A stretch of DNA of 64,000 nt, taken from NCBI GenBank assembly GCA_010093605.1, contig MU004181.1, positions 1,364,001 through 1,428,000 of the forward strand. Direction: 5' to 3'. The stretch is from Lophium mytilinum (taxonomy: Eukaryota). How positions within the stretch are numbered: the first letter of the stretch is position 1; each line of letters begins with the position of its first letter. The translations under genes and the position numbers were made by a program. Of the stretch, positions 23,606 to 33,134 are shown piece by piece. The notes below the pieces were generated by a model. That model was not told the DNA's origin. It was given only the letters and a program-made list of their open reading frames with translations, and ran no database searches.

Positions 23606-25036
23606 GGGTGCTAGGTTGCTCTCGGAATTTGTGGTGTGGGGTTGTAATAGCAGCTCGACGAGTTGGAGATCCGATTGGCGAAGTTCCAAGGCTAGGCGGA
23701 CTCGTAGAAACTATGTGAGAATTGTAGGACTTACAAGAAGACGGTGGTGGGGTCTCGAAGGCGATGAGAAGAAAGGGCTTTAACCTGCTGAGAAGAGCTG
23801 CTATATACAATTCTCCAGGCGTATGATTCCTGCACATTCACGAGCGAAGTGCCTTAACATCTCGAAGGTGCCTTGAGGTGAACGTGAGACACTGGACAAC
23901 GACTTCCCACAATGCTCGAATTTCTTGAGAACATTGTGCGGACCTAAGGTTTCGCGTATTTCTGCATCATGGCAGATGAGCCATGCGATACGATCCTGAT
24001 ACATTGTGTAGGAGTCTTGAGTAAGAACCAAAATGACAACGTTGAGCGAGACGATCATAGCGGCTTGACGGATTCAATTTGTCCTTGATAGCGAGCGCCA
24101 TAGGAAGTGGAGATGAGAAGAGATCAACACATAATACTAAAGGAAATGGATAGTATGCATTGTGACAGAGGCGTATACGAAGACTGATATTCTAGACTTA
24201 GGGGAACAAGAGCCAGCAGAACTGAGAAAATTCTAGAGAATTCTTGTGCGCAGGCATGATCCTGCTTTAGGCTAGTAATTTTGCAAACCTCACCGCTGCC
24301 AGCCATGATCGTATTGTATCTCAGCTTAGCCGAAGTTCAATCTATCAGACCTAGCGCCTTTCCAAAGTAGCATTGCGCTACCACTTCGGACGGAGAAACA
24401 TTGCGACGTTGGTACTTATCCGCATCCGAGGACAAGTCCAAGGATGGTTTTTTCATCCCTTACGGGAGGACATTTGGGCACCATCAATCGGTTTGACACC
24501 TGGTTGTTTGGGTTGAGGTGGAGAAACGTTAGTTTTCCGTCCGAAAAGTAAGGATCAGTTCTAAATCTCAATCCAGCTGGAGCGGTTACAGTGGCTGCCC
24601 TCGCTTTCGCTAAACACAAACTTATCATCGGCCGAGCTGCATTTTATTAGCTTTCAGTCATTTAAGAAAATGAAGAAAGGGGTTTGGATTATCCTGTGTT
24701 CCCCGACCTTGACACCGCAGCAATCTCCGAATTTTTGCGTCCGCTAGGGAGAGGGACCGCAAAGAGGGTGAAGCATGTGAACAGACATGCAAACTATCTA
24801 CTCCGGGCTCAAGAAGTGAGCGGCGCTTCCGCATTGGTAATGACGCTTAGGATCGTGGTGACAAGCGGCGGTTGCTACGCGTTGACGCGTTGATAGCATC
24901 TCCGCTTATCCATTCACCTCGCCTACTAATCTCTTTCGTAAGGCCTAGCTTCAACGAGAAGCCAATCCACTTCCTTCTCCGCCTTTACACAAAGCTCTCA
25001 CCACCCGTCGCCAGCAGTGCCAGTGAAGCAACCCAG

Positions 25037-26673
25037 ATGGCTAACAACAAGCTAGACTCCTCCAAGCCCAGAAACGAGCGCAACGCTGCCGAAATTTTCG
25101 CCGTCGCCTGTCTTGCTACTCCGAAGGCGCCCGTGGAAACACAGGCCTCCAAATCCACTCCGAGCGAACTTTACGAACTTGCCGTCTTGGGATACCACAC
25201 CCGTATGCGATCACTCAACCACCACCGAAGAATACAATACGGTCTGCCCCTACCTATTTCGCCAATACTGCCACGTATAGTCGTCGCGGAGTTCATCAAA
25301 CAAGACAAAATGGCGCGAGAGAAGCGAATTGTACCTTCAGACCCCGGCGCTATCGTGAATCGCGAAGCAGAGGAGCTAAACAAGTCTGCGGTGGAGGCGC
25401 CAATGGAGTATGCAGGAGATAATGAAACAGAAGTACAATGGGTTGGGGATGGCGGTATATTGGCGAGAGTCAACAAGGACTGGCATGACGAGACTACACG
25501 GGTCAACATGGCAGGTGTTCAGAAGACTCTGCGAAGGCCAGAATACACACTGCCTGTTGGAGCGAGGTGGCTGAGCTATATGAAAGTCGGAAAGACGACA
25601 TCGAGGCATACCCATAGTTCGAAGGAGTTCGTGGAGGGAGCTGTCCACGAGGATTGCATTCTTCCTCCGGGCGTCCCTATGTCTGGCGTAGAGATTCTGG
25701 TCAGTTAATGTGGTACTTGTGATAAGATTGCACGTCACTAACCTCTGCAACATAGGCATTCTACCCTCATCATCTCCACTGGCCAGCAGTAGCTCTGCGC
25801 CTTATCAACAACTCTCACACTGGAGCTTCCCTTTCCGGCATTATCGTACGTATTTCGCTGGAATCCCATAGGCCCTTATACTAACGCTGAATCCTGTAGT
25901 CGTGGCTTCATGGCCAGAAAGAAAGCACCGTAAGCCGACAAATAGTCAAAGCTACAGTCCGCACTGCTGGCATCAAGTTCACGGGTAACGCAACGTGGAC
26001 AGAAACCCGCCATCAACCTACCCCCACTACCAATATCTCTCCTGACGCCCTTGTGCCATTGCCCCGAGTCGCCGAGAGCGGTCTATGTGTCCCAACCTAC
26101 GCACAACTAGTGGCAAGCCTAACGCATCTCCCAAGTGGCCTCCACGCGCGGGCTCTGACGGCATGCATCGAATTCTGGCTTCAACATAAGGACTTGGACC
26201 TGAATGTGTTGCATACCGCTGAACTGTATCGTGCATTGCAGCCACGCCTGAGGAGCGTGGGGCCAATGAACCTGGATGCTGTGGCGCTGTCACAGTGGAA
26301 CAGCAGCGAGAATGTTGATGGTTCTGGGAAGCGGTTGACAGAGAACCTGCTCGAAGAATACGAGAGGGGCCGTGGATTGGTAGGAGAGAGACCGGACTCC
26401 AGCCTAAATTTTCATATCACGGAGGTCTTGCTCGCTCCGCTGTTTGCGTGGCAGAGAGTGCGAGTGGCTGGATTGAACGAGATCGTGAAGCGAAAGGAGA
26501 GGACCGAACAGCCTGCGAAGGCAGCATATGGCGTACATACGCCTGCAGGCCCAACAGTCGGAAAGAAATTACCGGCTCCTAGGGCGAAGACTGTCAAGAG
26601 GAAGGCTGCTGAGATGGGTGAAGGCAATGACATGAAGTCAGCGACAAAGCAACCGAAGAAAGCCAAGAAATGA
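25037..26673 (+). CDS. Uncharacterised family member C (~508 aa; exons 25037-25699, 25756-25845, 25900-26673)
   Basis: Two canonical introns (GTCAGT..CTAAC..TAG and GTACGT..CTAAC..TAG) join ORFs 24872-25708 and 26053-26673 in frame. The spliced product carries the gene A/B core motifs and a basic C-terminal KRK..KKAKK. Confidence 0.78.
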
Positions 26674-27304
26674 TGTTAGGTCAATCGTTGATGGGGTTGG
26701 AGGAGGTTGTCCAGAATGAAGATGAGAAAGGATTGGTGGTAATGGTGAGCTTGGACAAGCCTTTGGCGATTGGTATGGCTATGCTGTTGTAGGATAGATG
26801 TTTCTCGTAAATGCAATGATAAGGCTAAAACTTTCGATGAGGCTGTTGATGAAAAGTGCACCCATGAATGTCGATTAGGGGAACAGTCTCGGCGTCATGG
26901 GCGCGCAGCCGGACTTATTGCTTTCGAGGAGAGAAACATTGCAGTCTCGAGCATCCGAATTCGCAGTCGTAAGCTCCGAGACTACTTAAGCTCTTTGCAG
27001 TCCCCTAGCCTGGATGCCAACCAGAGACGTCCCTAATGTCTGGCGTTGTTACCTGGGTAGTGGGGACGAACTATCACTATTAGCATTGAAAGGGCAGATG
27101 TAAGGCCCATACACCGGGTAGGCAAGCGTGTTGACACGCCGGGGGAGTTGGTTTTCAGATGGGATGGAAAGGCAGTGTGGCAGGTAGCATATGGGATGAA
27201 GTTGAGACGGATAGGATTAGATCCGCTTAGTCAGCTCCCGTATCATGGGTCACTTGAACCTCAGCTATGGTCCAGAGCTAGTAAGATTTATCTACACTTA
27301 CAAC

Positions 27305-28393
27305 ATGCCTCTTCACAAGCCAAAGTCACAGAGAAGCCGCTTATTCAGGCCCCCCAAGCGATCAGCCTCTGGCACGCCTAAAAATGCAATAGAAAGATCG
27401 CTGTCTCCCCTCGAAAACTTGCCGGTGGAGCTTCTCCAAAAGGTCTTTCTGTACGCCGAGAACGTAGCTCTTGCGAGGAGTAGCCCATATATTGCAGCTG
27501 CGGTCTCATCGGAGCACATCATCCAGCATTTTGCCATGCGTGTGTTGTTTCCTCGGGAAGAAGCAGTTACTGTTGACCAGCGGGCTGGCGGGACCGATTC
27601 TGACGCCATGTCAGATTCGCCGGTGACCGCTCATGTAGGTGGGCAGTCCGAGAGACGTTCAGCTCGCCTCATTCGGAATACGGGACGGCTCTGGCGACGG
27701 TACACTGATTCCTTTTTCAAGGATTCAACTGACATACTTGCCTGTCGCTTCATGACCTGGGAACGGTTCAAGAGATGCGTGCAACTGGGCCTGCCGACCT
27801 TCGATGCGTCTTACTTCGATCATCCCTATCGACTACCCTCCACTTTTCAGGAAATGAAACACCTTGAGAAAGAACAGATACCCCGAAAGCTTCTCTGTGG
27901 TCCTTGGACCTCTGACAAGGCCGCCTTTCTATATTTTCTAACCTTCGTTGGACTGCGGGCTCCCAGGTCCTGTGAAAGCATTGCCAACGAAGGTCTTCGT
28001 GAGGCTGTTTCGCAGCAATCCCCCCGTGCCGTCGCGGCACTCGTATCGCCTTATGTTATGGCTCGGCCCACTACGAAGCTCCTGCGCAGCGCCGTAATCG
28101 ATCATGATTGCCACCTTGCAATCGTTCGCCTTCTTATCACGCCCTGGGAAGACGGCACAGGAACTCCACCATTCCTTGACTTCGAGGATGTCGAGCTTGC
28201 ACGATGGATTGAGACGCAGAAATGCCGCGGGAGCCCCAAGGGATCGTGGCTGGGGGCGTTGCTGAAGGACGCGCGGTTTGGGCTTCTTCGACACATGTAT
28301 AGACGGCCCGGAGGTCGTAATGGCTCTCTAGACGTGACGCCAGATGAGGATGCTACCATCCCCATAGCTCAACGCCGTCCAGATTCAGCCTGA
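27305..28393 (+). CDS. Hypothetical protein with F-box-like N-terminal motif
   Basis: LSPLENLPVELLQKVFLYAENVALARSSPYIAAAVS resembles an F-box start. Also IPRKLLCGPWTSDKAAFLYFL. Single exon. Confidence 0.65.
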   Translation: MPLHKPKSQRSRLFRPPKRSASGTPKNAIERSLSPLENLPVELLQKVFLYAENVALARSSPYIAAAVSSEHIIQHFAMRVLFPREEAVTVDQRAGGTDSDAMSDSPVTAHVGGQSERRSARLIRNTGRLWRRYTDSFFKDSTDILACRFMTWERFKRCVQLGLPTFDASYFDHPYRLPSTFQEMKHLEKEQIPRKLLCGPWTSDKAAFLYFLTFVGLRAPRSCESIANEGLREAVSQQSPRAVAALVSPYVMARPTTKLLRSAVIDHDCHLAIVRLLITPWEDGTGTPPFLDFEDVELARWIETQKCRGSPKGSWLGALLKDARFGLLRHMYRRPGGRNGSLDVTPDEDATIPIAQRRPDSA

Positions 28394-28862
28394 TTCAAAT
28401 GCTTGTGTATGAACATGGATCTTTGATGCTGCTGGCGTGGTGATGGTCCCTGGCGTTGCTGCAGCGATTTATACAGTAACTGGAACAAGCCCAGCTCTCT
28501 CGACGCATTGCTCGTGCTTGTGAATGCCCCACATTTCCCCGACTCCTAGGCGTAGATCGCGATATAACGGTAAAATAAGCATACCTGAACCCGCGCCGTA
28601 CCAGATCTGCGGGGCTATACGTGGCAGGGATGAGGATTAATGACGCTATGGCGTCCGCTACCTTTGGTGTTGCAGCGGGAGAGGCAGCAGACTCTCGCGG
28701 CCGGTGCTCTTGCTTCCTCGCGCCCTCTTCTTCTACATGTCCTGTGCTTTTATCCTCATGCCCCTATGTGGCCCTTTAATACATTAATATCCACTGTACA
28801 CCGCCTTCCAACCGAGCGCTACTCGCCGAGAGCGTCTTCAGTGAACCCCTGTCTGCCCTCAG

Positions 28863-31800
28863 ATGACTGCCCCGTCAACGCCGCGCCGGTCATGGCAAGA
28901 ACCGCCAGATGTGTTGAACCTGTCTGCAGATAGTTACACAGCTCAGAGACTTGTGAGGCTGTTCTGGAGCTCTGGAATGCAATTGCTGACAGTTTGGCCT
29001 AGGAACATGCCACGCCCAACCATATCCACCTTACCTCCAGACGCGCATTCATCGGCCCAATACCTGTTCGTCCATCTCATTGCATATAATGATATACCGT
29101 GTGACTTACACATGCATGACAGGAAGGATGGCTTAAAAGTCACCGGAAGAGCTGGTATCAACACCACCTCCACATCAACTATTCCTCCCGCGCTGCGACA
29201 TTCTCTGAAGACCCCGTACAAGCTCGCCAGCGACGTCTATCTGGTCTGGAAGGGCCCAGTGCCTCCGTGCTGTACGGTCACAGCTTCCCACAACCGGACA
29301 ATCTGTCGCTGGAAGAAGAACCAGAAGATGATGGCAGTATCCAAGAAGAGGATAGTGGAGCTGCTGTAGCCACGTCAAGCTCGCCCCCTGCCTTGGAAAT
29401 CCCCAGAACCTCTAGAATACAGAGCGAGAATATTGAGGATGATGGCGCAGACTTTGTGGACGCGCCATCGGAGCCAGAGGATGAAGCTATACCAGACCCC
29501 ATGGACCCGTCTCCGCGTCGACTGAAGAAGCGCCGCAAAAGCGCCCAGTCATTCGTGACTGCCTCTAGCACGTCTTCCAGGGAGCAAAGTCCGGCACGTG
29601 GCTTGGAGAACCAAGACTCGGAAGACCATACCGGGGCGAAGGCGACACCGCAGCGGGGCGACTCCCTAGGCATAGCGGAGGGTAGCATCAACCGAGTGGC
29701 AAGTTCTCTCACTCCTGAGCCTACGGGAGAAGAGACTTCCACATCGTCTTTGTTGCGTAGGACTGACAGGAAGAAGGCCCAAGACGAACCCGAACCTCGA
29801 GCGTCAAAAGGTATGATTGCCAGGGTAATGACTAGACGGTCACACAACGGGTCTGTCGAGACACGTTCACAGCACGATGGCGCAGAAGAAGACGTCAGCA
29901 CTATCTCTCGATCCAAAAGCCATCTCCGTAACCTTGTGCATTTCGACGTCCCAGAAGACTCAAAGCGGGCAGAGCTGCAGCTGAAGGCAAAAGCTGCGCA
30001 GATGACTATACAGCACGCTTCCACCAAAGTTCGAAGGAGGAAGGTAAAAGATGGACTAGTAGTCAAAATGGAGCGTATGTTGATTCGAGTGGACATGACT
30101 GCAAACGAAGTCCCAGAGGACTACGACGAGAACGGCAATCAGAAAATCGAGTCGAGGGTTTCAGAGAAATGGCGAGAGTACATGGTCGTGTGCCGGCAAA
30201 ATACTTCCGAGGATGCAGAATTTGTGCTTCAGATGTATAAGTCTCGGGTAAGATTCTCTAAAATCAACGCCGTTTGAGAATTCATTCTCTAATTACTTTG
30301 TGACAGGTTATTCCAGCGATTGAAGCAGCTAAAACTAACAAGCGTGCGAAGTTCGAAATTCCGCTGGGCCGCAAGATCACCAAAGTCAATCTTTACTCCT
30401 CGTTAGATAAGTCCGTGGTGGTATGGATGCCCTCGTCTCGAGGTACCAAGATCTTCATCATGCAGGCTCGCACTGCATCCAATGCAGTTGAATGGTACAC
30501 CTTTCTTAGAAACGTTCTTGGCTGGCGGCGAGCATCCGAGCTTCAGATCAGCATTCCAGACCTTAGCATTAGCTTGAACATTCAAGATCCATTCGAAAAG
30601 CTGGAAGCGTCACAGAACATAGCCCAGGCCGCAGAAGAAGGCGACGAAACCGCCATTCTGAAAACCATGCAAGAAGAACAGGCCGTGGCTAGAAATTTGA
30701 TCAACCGATGCATGTCCATGCTGGGAGAAACAACGGAATGGAGTGACATCCTGGAGGCCTGGACTAAAGAAAGGCGTATGGGACTAGCCTGGAAGCGGTA
30801 CGACCGACTCGAATGGATTCACGGAGCCAATGAAAGGAAGATGTACGGAACGATAGCAATGTCGAAATCGCACGACCTGGAGCTGAGACCGAAATCGCAC
30901 TATCCTACCACTGCTATAACTCGCAAGAAAAAGAAGACGTTAACAGAGCCTGCTCCAGTAGAAGGGTTTCTGATTCGACTGACTTCGCAACGTGGTGTCA
31001 ACAGGCGATTAGGGAGGTTGTTCTTCAAGCGATTGTATTTCTCTACCCACGATCAGTACCTGGTGTTTTCACTGCCAGCAAAAGCTGCTCCGCCTCCTCC
31101 GCCAAAGCTTCCGGCATCTGCAAATTCTAGGGTCCCAACTGCCCACGATATTGCAGAAAACATCCCATTGATATACGCTGTCGACCCATACCCTATTCAA
31201 GACGGAGAAATAGAATGGTTGGCTTCTGGACATACTGGAACACCTGCGAAAGTCAAGCTTCACGATCGAGATGCGCAGGACGAGGCAGATCGAAAAGCCC
31301 AGATCTTGCTGAATTGTGACGGCTACATCAATCTTTGCAATGTCATGAAGGTTCGAAAGGTACACAAGGGCGAGACCTTAGCGGACGAAGACATCGAGTC
31401 AGGATCTGATGTTGACTTCGACGCCGACGTGGAGGATACCAATCGCGACGACGGCACGACACAAGACTTTGACAACGATCGGACATTCGAATTGGTCATG
31501 CGCAACGGTCTGATAGTCCGGTTACAGGTAAGAACTTGACCCTCTTCTCATGAAACCGATCAAAACTAACAACTCAGTCCTACAACAAAGCCACCAGAAA
31601 GGAATGGATCAAGCGCCTCCGCCATCTCACCAAATACTGGAAACTCCGCTGCGCATCCGACATCGCCCTCTTCAAATCCGTCCGCCACCAGAACCTCTCT
31701 AAGCTCAACATCGACGAAGAAACCGAAGCCTACATCGGCCAGTTCGCCCGCAAGTGGGAAGTGACCCAGTCGCACGCCTCGCCGGAACTCTACAACCTCT

Positions 31801-32408
31801 GCGGCATCTCCTGCTGCCGCACCATCCACGTATCCGGCGTCTTATACCGCAAGCCCCGCATCCACGCCGCCTTCTCCCGCTGCAGCGTCATCCTCGCCGA
31901 GGGCCACCTCCTCATCTTCCAAGACGTCCTCCGCAGCAACTCGGGCAAGCAGCTCGCGCATATCCACCACGAGCGCGTTGCGGGCCTCGATCTCAAGGAC
32001 TGCTATATCTACTCCGGCCTGCTGACGGAGAACGACCTGCTCTACCAGAATCAGACATTCGATAACAATAAACCCGGCCATCATGCGCTACCGCGAATTT
32101 ATCTCGAAGACGGGTGGACGAGCACCGATGAGGATGTCATGACGACGTTTGTGGTTTGGTACGGGAAGTCGAAGGGGTGGTTCCGGGCCGAAGAGGGCAG
32201 CGGTGGCGGCGAGAAGGCCGTGAACGAGGGGAAGAGGAGTCGGATTAAGCGCGTAGGGAAGCTGGGGACTACGGGGCGGAGTGTGGTGTTCCGGGCGAGG
32301 AGTCGAGCGGAGAGGGATCGCTGGGTTTTGGGGATTCAGAATGAGATTGAGAGGGTGCAGGGGGGTACGGGGGAGGACTTTAGGATCACGGAGGAGGGGA
32401 GTGGGTGA
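28863..32408 (+). CDS. SPO71: Spo71/Mug56-like sporulation PH-domain protein (5 exons)
   Basis: N-terminal SYTAQRL|EHATPNHIHLTSRRAFIGPIP|EGWLKSHRKSWY; KMERMLIRVD, EKWREYMVVCR, LAWKRYDRLEWIHG, EPAPVEGFLIRLTS, LDLKDCYIYSG and VFRARSRAERDRWVLGIQNEIER. Confidence 0.88.
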
Positions 32409-33134
32409 GAGGGTGTTTGTGGTTTTGGTGCGCTGGTTTTTTGGGTATTGGCTGCGGCGTAGCGTGAGGGCGTTTGATGATGCGTGGGTACATACACATA
32501 CACCTGGCGTTGCTGTGGTATTGTTCATTTTCCTTCCAAAGCCACAGTAATGATAGGCCTAATTTGAACACTGTGTAAGACACATAATCTCACACATTGA
32601 TTCTCAAATTATTGCCATCAACAGAATTGATTCAACATCTACTACCCTCTTCGCCACAACATCCACCACACAAATTTATATACACCTCCCCCTTCCAATC
32701 TCACAGAATCAGACCAATCATTACAAGGTTCCACACTACAACTACCACCACAACCACCCTGCTCCTGCAAAACTAAAAAGAAGGCACAGGCAAGGGGGTA
32801 TAAAGCCAATCTTCAACTCGTTTCCGACGTCACGGGCGCTCTCATGAAGTCATCATTCTCAGAAAACGAATGCAAAACCACGAACAAACAAAGCACAGAA
32901 AAGAGGAATAGAGACCAATTGGAGAGGAAAAAGAGGCTACACAATTTTGGATCCTAGAGGCTTAGGATACAGGACAAAATGCTTGGGTATTACAGAGGGG
33001 CTTCGCTTCGCTGATGTTTCGCAGAACGACGGGTAAAGGGGGATGTAGGATATGCGAGGCCAAGGCGACATTCGTGTAAGGGGGAAGGGCGTTTAAGCGG
33101 CAGTCTCGGTGGGCGCGGCCTCAACGTCGGCGGA

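Noticed and set aside
19090..26673. Assignment of the cluster to Spok, HET, NLR or Starship captain families
   Set aside because: No recognisable kinase/nuclease, HET, NACHT/NB-ARC or tyrosine-recombinase motifs in the translations, so it is left unnamed.
31580..32408. Sharp C-rich then G-rich compositional switch at the 3' ends of SPO71, NOP16, the S41 peptidase and OGT as a sign of foreign DNA
   Set aside because: It recurs in several housekeeping genes and preserves conserved protein motifs, so it is a genome-wide synonymous-site pattern rather than an insertion.
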